The translations under genes were made by a program, and so were the position numbers. From the IMG/VR virus record IMGVR_UViG_3300045988_103535: 64,000 nt of DNA; one strand, 5' to 3'. The notes under the pieces were generated by a model. The model searched no databases. It saw only the letters and a list, made by a program, of their open reading frames with translations, and was not told the DNA's origin. Within the stretch, counting starts at the first letter, position 1; each line of letters begins with the position of its first letter. Positions 26,518 through 34,793 of the stretch are shown in pieces. Source of the DNA: a virus.

Positions 26518-28191
26518 ATGATAAAACTAAAATTTGATTTTTCACAAAAATTGAATTATAAACAGTCTCTCTTTATTAAGGGAGACTATAACCCAACTAT
26601 TTTAGATGTAATACATTCTTTTCAAACTAGATATTATCATCGCAATAGTAAATTATGGGAATGCAAGATAGACTATTTTCCAATAATACTCGATAAACTA
26701 AAATTTGAAGATATTCAAATATGCGGTGAAGTGCCAAAGAAATTTGAAAAGTATTTAAAAATGCTTGATATATATGATGAACAAGATGCAGACTATTTGA
26801 GTAGAACAAAACCTTTCGAACATCAAATAGAGTCTTTTAATTATGCACTAACTCATAATAAATTTTTACTTGGTGATGAGCAAGGGCTAGGAAAAACAAA
26901 ACAGGCATTAGATATAGCAGTAGCACGAAAGCATAAAATGAGACATTGTCTTATAGTATGTGGCGTTAATAATTTGAAGTGGAACTGGTATAAAGAGGTA
27001 GAAATACATACTAATGAAAAAGCACACATATTAGGTAGCAGAGTTAATAGAAAAGGAAAAACTGTTATTGGTAGCAGTGCTGAGCGCCTCGCAGACCTTA
27101 AACAAATACATGATGAATATTTTCTAATAACTAATATTGAAACATTACGAGACAAGGAGATACAGGGTCAAATAAAGAAAATGTGTAATGAGGGCATAAT
27201 AGGAATGACTATAATTGATGAAATTCATAAATGCAAAAATAGTCAATCAAAACAAGGTAAAGCAATACATTGTTGCTGTTCTTATTATAGACTAGCATTA
27301 ACAGGTACTCCACTTATGAACAACCCAATAGATTTATATAATGTGTTGAAATGGTTAGAGGTTGAAAATCATTCACTTACTTATTTCAAAAACATATATT
27401 GCGAAATGGGTGGATTCGGTGGGTATGAAATTATAGGTTATAAAAACCTAGACCAGTTAGAAAATTCACTTAATAAAAATATGCTAAGAAGACGTAAAGA
27501 AGAAGTACTTGATTTACCACCTAAAATTTATACTGACGAGCTATTAGATTTAGATAGTTCTCAAGACAAATTATATAGAGATGTCACTAATCAAATTATT
27601 GAGGATATTGATAGAATTATGTTATTACCTAACCCATTAACTGAGTTAATTCGATTGAGACAAGTTACTTCAAACCCGAACATATTAACTAGCAAAAATA
27701 TTACTAATGTGAAGTATGATAGAATATTAGACATATTAGAGTCTACAACAGACAAAGTTATAATATTTAGCAACTGGACTAAAGTTATAAATCCACTATA
27801 TATTAAGTTGAGTAGCTTAGGTTATAACCCAGCATTAGTTACTGGAGAATCTAAAGACCCAATATTAGAAATGAATAAATTTCAATCTGACAATACTTGT
27901 AAAGTGATATTAGGTACAACTCCAGCATTAGGTACTGGCTATACATTAACTGCGGCAAATACAGTAATATTTATTGATGAACCTTGGAGCAAAGCAATAA
28001 AAGACCAAGCAGAAGACCGATGCCATAGAATAGGAACAAAAGGAACAGTTAATATTATAACTCTAATTTGTAAAGATACAATAGATGAACGAATACATCA
28101 AATAATAAAAGACAAAGGCGAATTGTCTGACCGTATTGTAGACGGAAAAGCAGTTCAACCTTCAGATATAAAATTCTTAATAGGAGCGTGA
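26518..28191 (+). CDS. SNF2-family helicase/ATPase
   Basis: Motifs 'GDEQGLGKTKQA', 'DEIHKCKN', 'LTGTPLMNNPIDLYN', 'GTGYTLTAANTVIFIDEPW' and 'QAEDRCHRIG'. Confidence 0.85.
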   Translation: MIKLKFDFSQKLNYKQSLFIKGDYNPTILDVIHSFQTRYYHRNSKLWECKIDYFPIILDKLKFEDIQICGEVPKKFEKYLKMLDIYDEQDADYLSRTKPFEHQIESFNYALTHNKFLLGDEQGLGKTKQALDIAVARKHKMRHCLIVCGVNNLKWNWYKEVEIHTNEKAHILGSRVNRKGKTVIGSSAERLADLKQIHDEYFLITNIETLRDKEIQGQIKKMCNEGIIGMTIIDEIHKCKNSQSKQGKAIHCCCSYYRLALTGTPLMNNPIDLYNVLKWLEVENHSLTYFKNIYCEMGGFGGYEIIGYKNLDQLENSLNKNMLRRRKEEVLDLPPKIYTDELLDLDSSQDKLYRDVTNQIIEDIDRIMLLPNPLTELIRLRQVTSNPNILTSKNITNVKYDRILDILESTTDKVIIFSNWTKVINPLYIKLSSLGYNPALVTGESKDPILEMNKFQSDNTCKVILGTTPALGTGYTLTAANTVIFIDEPWSKAIKDQAEDRCHRIGTKGTVNIITLICKDTIDERIHQIIKDKGELSDRIVDGKAVQPSDIKFLIGA

Positions 28192-28196
28192 TAAAT

Positions 28197-28463
28197 ATGA
28201 AAATAATAGACGGTAAAAAATATTACACTGCTTTCGAAACTGCTGAGCTATGTAATGTTACTAGAAATACATTAATTAGATGGTATGAATACGAAGAAAC
28301 AACAGGAAGAACATTATTACCTCCATTTATTAGAGTTGGAGGTAATCATGCAAGATATTGGAGCGAAGACGACATTGAAAAAATCTTAACTTTTAAAACA
28401 AATAAAGTAAAAGGAGAAATGAAAGTTATTTCCGACAAGTATAGTGGAAAATGTAAAAAATAG
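28197..28463 (+). CDS. HTH DNA-binding protein (MerR/excisionase-like)
   Basis: 'YYTAFETAELCNVTRNTLIRWYE'. ATG at 28197 preferred (AGGAG 10 nt upstream). Confidence 0.5.
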   Translation: MKIIDGKKYYTAFETAELCNVTRNTLIRWYEYEETTGRTLLPPFIRVGGNHARYWSEDDIEKILTFKTNKVKGEMKVISDKYSGKCKK

Positions 28464-28531
28464 GCGACGTGCGACTGTCTCATAAGTCGTATGTTCCTGT
28501 TCAATAATTTATATATAAAGGAGAAAAAGTT

Positions 28532-28969
28532 ATGAAAATAGGCGTTATACAAGACGAATTTAAATTCGTGAAATTATTAGAAAGATGTAAAGAAATGAAA
28601 GAACAAGAAAAAGAGGTAAAAGCAGAAACTAAAAAACTGACAGACGAAGTAAAAACTGAATTTAAGAGTAGAGCTATAAATGAATATAATGTTCCAGGTG
28701 TTTGTTGTGTAAAATGCACCGAAGTGGAGAGAACTTCTGTAAATGAAGAAAAGTTGCTAGACATATTAACTAAAATAATTGATGCTCAAAAAGACGAGAC
28801 AGTCGCAGACAGCCTTAAACAATGTATTGAGTATAAACCATGTATTAATGAAAAGAAAGTTCAACAATTACTATATCAAGGTCTTCTAAATGTTGAGGAC
28901 ATAGCTCCTGCTGTAGCAACATCAATACAAACAAGATTAACATTTAGTAAACCTAAAAAGGAGGCATAA
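28532..28969 (+). CDS. hypothetical protein (coiled-coil N-terminus)
   Basis: AAAGGAG SD. No motif recognised. Confidence 0.55.
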   Translation: MKIGVIQDEFKFVKLLERCKEMKEQEKEVKAETKKLTDEVKTEFKSRAINEYNVPGVCCVKCTEVERTSVNEEKLLDILTKIIDAQKDETVADSLKQCIEYKPCINEKKVQQLLYQGLLNVEDIAPAVATSIQTRLTFSKPKKEA

Positions 28970-28970
28970 T

Positions 28971-29405
28971 ATGTTTAAAGAATTACAATCTAAAAAGAAT
29001 AGCAAACAGATTATACCTAATGAAAAGGAATATAAAATAGTCGAACACAAACTTCAATTAGCACAAGAACCTAATATGACTGAAATTAGAAAATGGTTTA
29101 TATTTAAGGCAGAAAAAATTTATAGCACTAAAATGTTAGGAACTCAGGTTATATACTGTAATAAGACATTGAATAAAATAAAAGAAAAATATCAATTTAA
29201 TAATCTCGCACTTGCCGCAAAACTAGATGTATGGCTAATTAAATATAAACAATTAGGCTATGACGGCATATTCGATTTTTCTAAACTTAATACCGACTGG
29301 ATATTGCATAACCTTGATGCTAATATTCCTAATTATAAAGGTAAGCATACTTCATATCAAAATAATAATGTAAACCAAATAAATACTGTTAATCGCAGAA
29401 TATAA
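28971..29405 (+). CDS. hypothetical protein
   Basis: AAGGAGG SD, coupled to the previous stop. Confidence 0.55.
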   Translation: MFKELQSKKNSKQIIPNEKEYKIVEHKLQLAQEPNMTEIRKWFIFKAEKIYSTKMLGTQVIYCNKTLNKIKEKYQFNNLALAAKLDVWLIKYKQLGYDGIFDFSKLNTDWILHNLDANIPNYKGKHTSYQNNNVNQINTVNRRI

Positions 29406-29418
29406 TTTTACTAAAATT

Positions 29419-29454
29419 GCTCAACCCTTGTAATATCAACGGGTTGAGTATTTT
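29419..29454 (+). terminator. rho-independent terminator
   Basis: CTCAACCC-N13-GGGTTGAG followed by TATTTT. Confidence 0.65.
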
Positions 29455-29482
29455 GTAACAAAAAAGTTACAATATTGTAACT
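29453..29482. promoter_or_regulatory. operator/origin-like palindromes
   Basis: TTGTAAC-A6-GTTACAA-TA-TTGTAAC. The segment 29465-29482 (AGTTACAATATTGTAACT) is a perfect 18-bp palindrome. Confidence 0.45.
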
Positions 29483-29490
29483 ATTTTAAG

Positions 29491-29520
29491 GTTAACATTA
29501 ACAGTCGCAAAAAGTATATT
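29491..29520 (+). promoter_or_regulatory. GTTAACA-type promoter
   Basis: GTTAACA-N17-TATATT. No obvious gene or clean terminator within the next ~120 nt. Confidence 0.4.
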
Positions 29521-29636
29521 ATATATAATTAGTTAAACAAATAAAACAAGTTAAAAAAAATAAAAAAAAATCTAAGCTGCGGAAGTTATTGTGCTAACGC
29601 ACCTCAACTAATATTTATAATTTTAGTAAATTTTAG

Positions 29637-29667
29637 TTTACACTATAATAAACTATTCGTATATAAT
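29637..29667 (+). promoter_or_regulatory. TTTACA-type promoter of mini-unit 1
   Basis: TTTACA (29637-42), N17, TATATAATATATAAGTA. Confidence 0.5.
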
Positions 29668-29671
29668 ATAT

Positions 29672-29776
29672 AAGTAATTAAAGTTTAAGATTTTAGTTAC
29701 TTAATACAAATTATTTCTTTTATTGTATTACCCCCTTTCCACTTTAAGTACCTAATAATTATTAGGTACTTTTTTA
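29672..29776 (+). ncRNA. candidate sRNA 1 (~105 nt, C-rich seed ACCCCCUUUCC)
   Basis: Promoter-to-terminator unit without ATG or SD. Predicted hairpins: AAGTAA...TTACTT and AATACAA...TTGTATT. The C-run at 29730-29740 is unpaired. Terminator is AGTACCTAATA/TATTAGGTACT + T5. Confidence 0.45.
29747..29776 (+). terminator. rho-independent terminator of mini-unit 1
   Basis: 11-bp perfect inverted repeat followed by TTTTT. Confidence 0.75.
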
Positions 29777-29784
29777 ATTTATTA

Positions 29785-29816
29785 GTTAACAATTTTGTAT
29801 CATATTAGTATATAAT
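29785..29816 (+). promoter_or_regulatory. GTTAACA-type promoter of mini-unit 2
   Basis: GTTAACA (29785-91), N17, TATATAATATATGTA. Confidence 0.55.
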
Positions 29817-29821
29817 ATATG

Positions 29822-29918
29822 TAAATACTTTATAGTAATAAAGTAAATCTCCCTTTTATTTTATTTATTTGTTTGGATACTGAGTTGAGGACTCCCCCTT
29901 CAACTCAGTATTTTTTTT
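29822..29918 (+). ncRNA. candidate sRNA 2 (~97 nt, CUCCCUUUU and CUCCCCCUU motifs)
   Basis: No ATG. Hairpin TACTTTAT-agta-ATAAAGTA. Unpaired UCUCCCUUUU at 29848-29857. The terminator loop carries ACUCCCCC. Confidence 0.45.
29878..29918 (+). terminator. rho-independent terminator of mini-unit 2
   Basis: TACTGAGTTGA...TCAACTCAGTA followed by T8. Confidence 0.8.
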
Positions 29919-29937
29919 ATTTGAATTACTGATATTA

Positions 29938-29974
29938 GTTAACGTTTTAGTTAAATTATTATTATATATATAAC
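29938..29974 (+). promoter_or_regulatory. GTTAACG-type promoter upstream of Bro-N gene
   Basis: GTTAACG then TATATATATAACATACATAA. The spacing is less canonical (18-22 nt). Confidence 0.35.
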
Positions 29975-30019
29975 ATACATAACAAAAAATATATTTAATT
30001 TATAAGGAGGAGTAAAAAG

Positions 30020-30673
30020 ATGAAGAAATTACAATTATTCATTAATGAAGAATTTGGAGAAATAAGAGGAATGGAGGTTAATGGTAAACCATATGTAGTT
30101 GCGAGTGATGTAGCTAAAGCATTAGGGTATAAAAGACCAAATGACGCAATATCACAACATTGTAAGTATACTGTAAAACACCGTATACCTCACCCTCAAA
30201 ATAAAACAAAAACTTTAGAGGTAAATATTATACCCGAGGGAGATGTTTATAGATTGATTATAAAATCTAAATTACCGTCAGCACAAAAATTTGAAGAATG
30301 GGTCATGGATGAAGTATTGCCAGAAATAAGAAGAACTGGAGGTTATATAGACGAGGGAGCAACTACACAACAATTAGAACAACTCCAACAAAAAATAAAC
30401 AAATTATTAAATTATAAAATAAAAGGCGATACTATAAACGATGTTTGCAGTGCTACTGGTTTAAGACGTAAAGATATAAAACAATATTTATTTGATAATG
30501 ATTGGGTAGTAGAATATAATGGAGAAATAACAAATTATGATTGTAGATATATCTTTATAGTAAGACATAAAGATATACATTTTACTTCAAAGGGATTAGA
30601 TAAAATATTAAAAGATTTACAACCTCTAAAACCTGTAAGACCATTAATTAATAAAGAACTTTATAGAAAGTAA
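30020..30673 (+). CDS. Bro-N domain protein (antirepressor-like)
   Basis: Contains 'FGEIRGMEVNGKPYVVASDVAKALGYKRPNDAISQHC' and 'IPEGDVYRLIIKSKLPSAQKFEEWVMDEVLPEIRRTGGY'. Confidence 0.8.
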   Translation: MKKLQLFINEEFGEIRGMEVNGKPYVVASDVAKALGYKRPNDAISQHCKYTVKHRIPHPQNKTKTLEVNIIPEGDVYRLIIKSKLPSAQKFEEWVMDEVLPEIRRTGGYIDEGATTQQLEQLQQKINKLLNYKIKGDTINDVCSATGLRRKDIKQYLFDNDWVVEYNGEITNYDCRYIFIVRHKDIHFTSKGLDKILKDLQPLKPVRPLINKELYRK

Positions 30674-30685
30674 TATACATTTATA

Positions 30686-30717
30686 GTTAACATTAATATG
30701 TATTAATTGTATATAAT
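30686..30717 (+). promoter_or_regulatory. GTTAACA-type promoter of mini-unit 3
   Basis: GTTAACA-N17-TATATAATACATA. Confidence 0.5.
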
Positions 30718-30722
30718 ACATA

Positions 30723-30797
30723 CAATTCATTAATAGTATTATCTAAATCATTTTCAACCCTTTAGTGTCTGGTAAACACTTTAGGGTTATTTTTTTT
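30723..30797 (+). ncRNA. candidate sRNA 3 (~75 nt)
   Basis: Promoter, ~35 nt of A/U-rich leader, then a terminator. No ATG. Confidence 0.35.
30756..30797 (+). terminator. rho-independent terminator
   Basis: AACCCTTTAGTGT-N7-ACACTTTAGGGTT followed by ATTTTTTT. Confidence 0.7.
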
Positions 30798-30799
30798 AT

Positions 30800-30831
30800 A
30801 TTAACAAAATATGTTACTTTTTATATATAAA
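30800..30831 (+). promoter_or_regulatory. (A)TTAACA-type promoter upstream of dnaC-like gene
   Basis: TTAACA (30801-06), N17, TATATAAAATATAAG. Confidence 0.5.
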
Positions 30832-30851
30832 ATATAAGAGGAGGTTTTACA

Positions 30852-31565
30852 ATGTATGATGTAAAAGAATTTAAATTTGAGCAAACTAAATGCTGGTTCA
30901 AAACAGTATGTAATAATTATAAGAGTGATATATGTAATTGCGGGTGTCCTTTATATTGTCAATATTATTATTTAGTAAATCTTGCTAATATACCTGAACA
31001 GTTACAGTACCCACAAAATCAAAAGTTGAGCGCAGGAGCAGACATAGAAAAATATCAATACTTAGCTAACTTAAAAGCAAATATTTTAGATTTTGTAACT
31101 GGAGGAAATAATTTATTTATATATAGTAAATATTATGGTAACGGCAAGACAACTTGGAGCATAAAATTAATGTCTAGTTATTTTAGCAGAATATGGCATA
31201 ATAATGGAACGCAGTGCAGAGGTTTATTTGTAAATGTTGATGATTTTCTAATGCAGAAGAAATCCGCTATTTCAAAACGAAATGACCGACTATTACAAAT
31301 TGAAGAACTATTACCTAGCGTAGACATAGTAGTGTGGGACGATATAGGTTGTACAAAGTTGAGTGACTATGACCATTCAATACTATTTCCACTTATAAAT
31401 AGCAGAATAAGTTCTAATAAATGTAATATATTCACATCAAACGTAATTGACGATGAATTCGTAAATAATGTTGGAGGTAGACTTGCAAGTAGAATATTAG
31501 AAACTTCTACAATAGTAGAATTTAATAACCCTCCACAACGTACTCCAAAGGAGGTCAGAATATGA
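30852..31565 (+). CDS. DnaC/IstB-like helicase loader ATPase with Cys-rich N-terminus
   Basis: Walker A 'YYGNGKTTWS' and Walker B 'DIVVWDDIG'. N-terminal 'CNNYKSDICNCGCPLYC'. Confidence 0.65.
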   Translation: MYDVKEFKFEQTKCWFKTVCNNYKSDICNCGCPLYCQYYYLVNLANIPEQLQYPQNQKLSAGADIEKYQYLANLKANILDFVTGGNNLFIYSKYYGNGKTTWSIKLMSSYFSRIWHNNGTQCRGLFVNVDDFLMQKKSAISKRNDRLLQIEELLPSVDIVVWDDIGCTKLSDYDHSILFPLINSRISSNKCNIFTSNVIDDEFVNNVGGRLASRILETSTIVEFNNPPQRTPKEVRI

Positions 31566-32860
31566 TTGAATTACAATGTATTAATAATATATTAGCTGAA
31601 AACAATATAGAAACATATTTAGAAGAAGGTATCAATGAAGACTTTTTTCCTAATTATATAAAAGAGTGGAATTATATATTAGACCATTACAAGAAATACG
31701 GCAAAGTTCCAGACCAAGCTACTTTTTTAGCAACTTTTACTGAGTTCGATTTAATTGATGTATTAGAACCGCCTAAATATTTATTAGAGAATTTAAGAGA
31801 GGATTATGTATTTAGACAATCTGCCAAACTATTTAATGAGTCAGTTGAGTTATTAAAACAAAATGCTTTTGAAGGACTTAGAAATATATTAGCAAAAGGA
31901 GAGAAATTGCTCGTCAGCAACTCTATCACACATGGAACGGACATTAATAATATTGTTAATCAAAAACTAGAAGAAATTAATAGTAAGAAGCGTATGGACG
32001 GTCTATTGGGAATTTCAACTGGCTTAAAAGAATTAGACGACGTACTTGGAGGTTGGTTACCAGGTGAGGAATTTGTAACCATAGTAGGTAGGGTTAATCA
32101 AGGTAAATCATGGTTATTACAAAAATTTTTGACTTCAGCACATAGTCAACATAAAAGAGTATTATTATACTCAGGTGAGATGAGTGCTATGCAAGTAGGT
32201 TATAGACATGACACTTTAGCCATGAATTATAGTAATAGACAATTAACAAGAGGTACGATTTCAGATTTAGAATTTAGCAATTATGAAAACGATTTACAGA
32301 AAAGAGCTAAAGAGTTAGAGCCTTTTATTGTAGTAACTCCAAAAGACTTAGGCGGCAAATATATGACAGTAAGCATGTTAAAAGCATTATGTAAAAAATA
32401 TCAACCTGACATTATAGGAATAGACCAGTTATCATTAATGGACGATGAAAGACGAGGTGAGAACAGGAGATTACAACTTGCTAATATTACAATGGACTTA
32501 TTTAGATTGTCAGAAGAACTAGGTAAACCTATATTAGCTGATGCGCAAGCTAACAGAAATAAAACAAGTTCAGAAGAACCTGAAAATCCCGAGCTAGCAG
32601 ATATTGGTGAAGCTGATGCAATAGGTCAAAATAGTAGTAGAGTAATTTCATTAGTTCAAACAAAATTAGGGTTATCGCTATTAGTTACTAAAAATAGATA
32701 TGGCGAAAACAATAAAAAATTTATATACAGTTGGGATATAGATTTAGGTACTTTTAGATTTGTTTCTGAGGAAGGTTCGCAAAAAGAAACTGAGTTGCCT
32801 TTTAAAAATAATAGAAATGATATTCCACAAGGTATGCCAAATCCAGTAGACGTTTTTTAA
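31562..32860 (+). CDS. DnaB-like replicative helicase
   Basis: Contains 'GISTGLKELDDVLGGWLPGEEFVTIVGRVNQGKSWLLQKF' and 'IIGIDQLSLM'. The C-terminus ends in ...PNPVDVF. Confidence 0.85.
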   Translation: MIELQCINNILAENNIETYLEEGINEDFFPNYIKEWNYILDHYKKYGKVPDQATFLATFTEFDLIDVLEPPKYLLENLREDYVFRQSAKLFNESVELLKQNAFEGLRNILAKGEKLLVSNSITHGTDINNIVNQKLEEINSKKRMDGLLGISTGLKELDDVLGGWLPGEEFVTIVGRVNQGKSWLLQKFLTSAHSQHKRVLLYSGEMSAMQVGYRHDTLAMNYSNRQLTRGTISDLEFSNYENDLQKRAKELEPFIVVTPKDLGGKYMTVSMLKALCKKYQPDIIGIDQLSLMDDERRGENRRLQLANITMDLFRLSEELGKPILADAQANRNKTSSEEPENPELADIGEADAIGQNSSRVISLVQTKLGLSLLVTKNRYGENNKKFIYSWDIDLGTFRFVSEEGSQKETELPFKNNRNDIPQGMPNPVDVF

Positions 32861-32866
32861 AAATTA

Positions 32867-32898
32867 GTTAACATAAATTTTATGAAATTGTATATAAT
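32867..32898 (+). promoter_or_regulatory. GTTAACA-type promoter of mini-unit 4
   Basis: GTTAACA-N17-TATATAATATAAGTA. Confidence 0.55.
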
Positions 32899-32903
32899 AT
32901 AAG

Positions 32904-32998
32904 TAAGAAAAGTAATTCCCATTACACTTTTCTCCTTATAATATATTTTATGAATAATAACCGCAAAAGACTTCAACTCAAAAAGTTGGAGTCTTTTT
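32904..32998 (+). ncRNA. candidate sRNA 4 (~95 nt, UCCC loop and CUCCUU anti-SD)
   Basis: Hairpin AGAAAAGTAAT-UCCC-ATTAC(A)CTTTTCT, then CTCCTT (32932-37), then a terminator. The only ATG (32950) lacks an SD. Confidence 0.4.
32968..32998 (+). terminator. rho-independent terminator
   Basis: AGACTTCAACT-caaa-AGTTGGAGTCT followed by TTTTT. Confidence 0.75.
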
Positions 32999-33000
32999 AT

Positions 33001-33031
33001 GTTAACAAAATTTATAAAATTTGTATATAAT
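33001..33031 (+). promoter_or_regulatory. GTTAACA-type promoter upstream of primase
   Basis: GTTAACA-N16-TATATAATATATAA. Confidence 0.5.
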
Positions 33032-33059
33032 ATATAAACATGGAGAGGAGGTTTTACAA

Positions 33060-34046
33060 ATGTTTACAGTAAACGGATTATCGGTTGATGTTGACGGAAT
33101 GACATTATTAACCGATTTACAACAAGACTTGAATGTAAATGGAATTCAATTATTGCATTCAATAAAACCTGTGAATGATAATATTATGATATCATGTCCG
33201 TCTCATAAGTCTGGACAAGAACGCAAGCCAAGTTGTGGAGTTTCATTAGTAAATTCATATGAAAATGGAAAATTAACACCGGCAGGTACAGTACATTGTT
33301 TCACCTGTGGCTATACTTCAGATTTAGCAAATTTTATTTCATTTTGTTTCGGTTATCAAGACGGTGGGTTATATGGCAATAATTGGTTAAAATCAAAATA
33401 TAGAACTACTTTGACAGAAACAACTAGAACATTAGATTTGAATATAAATAGAACTAACACGATTAGCACGTATCCAACAATTCCGAATTCAGTATTAAAT
33501 AATTACGATTATTATTGTAAGTATTTAGCTGACAGAGGCATAGACAAAGAAATTTGTACTAAATTTAGTATAGGGTGTAGTCCAACTGAAATGCTAATAA
33601 CATTACCAGTAAAAGATTTAAAAGGTGATGTGAAATTTATTCAAACAAGAAATATAAATAGTAAATTTTATAAAATACCACCTGGCATAAAGAAAACCGA
33701 TTTTCTATTTGGTGGATATGAATGTATTATCGAAAATTGTAAAATAGTATGGATAGTAGAGTCAATATTCAATGCATTAACATTATGGCAATTAGGAATA
33801 CCTGCAGTAGCATTATTAGGTACAGGTGGAGGTAAACAGTATGAGTTATTAAAAAAATTGCCAGCTAGAGAATATGTAATAGCATTAGATAATGATGAAG
33901 CAGGCAGAGAGGGAACTGCTAAAATTATTCAAAAATTGAATAACACAAAATTGCTAAAAGTTCTACAATATAGTTATAACGATACAAGAGACATTAACGA
34001 TTTAGGTTCAGAAGTACTCAGCCTACCTTTAAAAAATATTTTATAA
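33060..34046 (+). CDS. DNA primase (zinc finger + TOPRIM)
   Basis: ATG at 33060 after GGAGAGGAGG; the track extension from 33021 covers the promoter. Contains 'CPSHKSGQERKPSCGV...CFTCG' and the TOPRIM motifs 'VESIFNALTL...ALDNDEAGREG'. Confidence 0.8.
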   Translation: MFTVNGLSVDVDGMTLLTDLQQDLNVNGIQLLHSIKPVNDNIMISCPSHKSGQERKPSCGVSLVNSYENGKLTPAGTVHCFTCGYTSDLANFISFCFGYQDGGLYGNNWLKSKYRTTLTETTRTLDLNINRTNTISTYPTIPNSVLNNYDYYCKYLADRGIDKEICTKFSIGCSPTEMLITLPVKDLKGDVKFIQTRNINSKFYKIPPGIKKTDFLFGGYECIIENCKIVWIVESIFNALTLWQLGIPAVALLGTGGGKQYELLKKLPAREYVIALDNDEAGREGTAKIIQKLNNTKLLKVLQYSYNDTRDINDLGSEVLSLPLKNIL

Positions 34047-34062
34047 AATTTACTCAAAACTA

Positions 34063-34091
34063 TTTACAAATTACATACTTTAGTATATAAT
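34063..34091 (+). promoter_or_regulatory. TTTACA-N17-TATAAT promoter upstream of sigma factor 1
   Basis: The leader ATAAGTATAAAGTAAAACAAATAA resembles the early-repeat leaders. Confidence 0.6.
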
Positions 34092-34148
34092 ATAAGTATA
34101 AAGTAAAACAAATAAAATAAATAAATAAAACGATGGGGGTTTAATATT

Positions 34149-34781
34149 ATGAAACAAAACATATTTTTAAATATAATGGATAATTTCACAGGTAAAAAAT
34201 CTGTAGAAGAATTAATCAATGAATATCATACAGGTAACAAAGACGTTATAATAGCATTCGTATATGAAACAGGTTACGCTCAATTCAGTTCAATAGCAAA
34301 CAAATTCTTAGGTGTAGATGAAGCTACTAAAGAATCTGTTATTTTGGAACAAATCTGGAAAGGTTTAGAAAATTACGAAATAGGAAGTAATGCTAAACTA
34401 ACAAGTCTAATATGCACATATATTTATAATGAGTTAAGACATTTAACTCAAGCAGAAAAAATGCAAAAGAGAGTATTAAATCAATGTACACATACACAAT
34501 TATTTTCAGATTACTTTGTTGGAGATGACGACGAAGGAAGTGAAGACAAACATAGTTGCATGGGTCAAACAGACTCAGAAGACTTTGAGGAAGTTGAGTT
34601 GAAATATTATTTAGACTCAATCGAGATGAATGATAATCAAAGAAAATTCTGCGACGCTTTAGTTGAAGGTTGTAAACCAACCAAATCTGCAGTAGCTTCT
34701 CAAATAGGTATTTCAAGAGCAGGCGCTAATGTAGTAGTTAAGGCGTTACAAGAAAAATTAATAGATTTAAAAGCAGTATAA
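34149..34781 (+). CDS. phage sigma-70-family factor (regions 2 and 4 recognisable)
   Basis: Region 2-like 'ILEQIWKGLENYEIGSNAKLTSLICTYIYNELRHL'. Region 4-like 'NQRKFCDALVEGCKPTKSAVASQIGISRAGANVVVKALQEKL'. Confidence 0.55.
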   Translation: MKQNIFLNIMDNFTGKKSVEELINEYHTGNKDVIIAFVYETGYAQFSSIANKFLGVDEATKESVILEQIWKGLENYEIGSNAKLTSLICTYIYNELRHLTQAEKMQKRVLNQCTHTQLFSDYFVGDDDEGSEDKHSCMGQTDSEDFEEVELKYYLDSIEMNDNQRKFCDALVEGCKPTKSAVASQIGISRAGANVVVKALQEKLIDLKAV

Positions 34782-34793
34782 GGAGGAATGAAC

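Noticed and set aside
29571-29612. A relatively GC-rich patch (TCTAAGCTGCGGAAGTTATTGTGCTAACGCACCTCAAC) considered as a tRNA or a fifth sRNA terminator.
   Set aside because: It is too short for a cloverleaf. It has only a 4-bp GTGC/GCAC stem and no T-tract. No acceptor or T-arm features are present. No tRNA-like sequence was seen elsewhere either.
30020-30673. The Bro-N/antirepressor-like gene as evidence of a temperate lifestyle.
   Set aside because: Bro-N domains are common in lytic phages. No integrase, CI/Cro-like switch or att-like repeats are present in the window.
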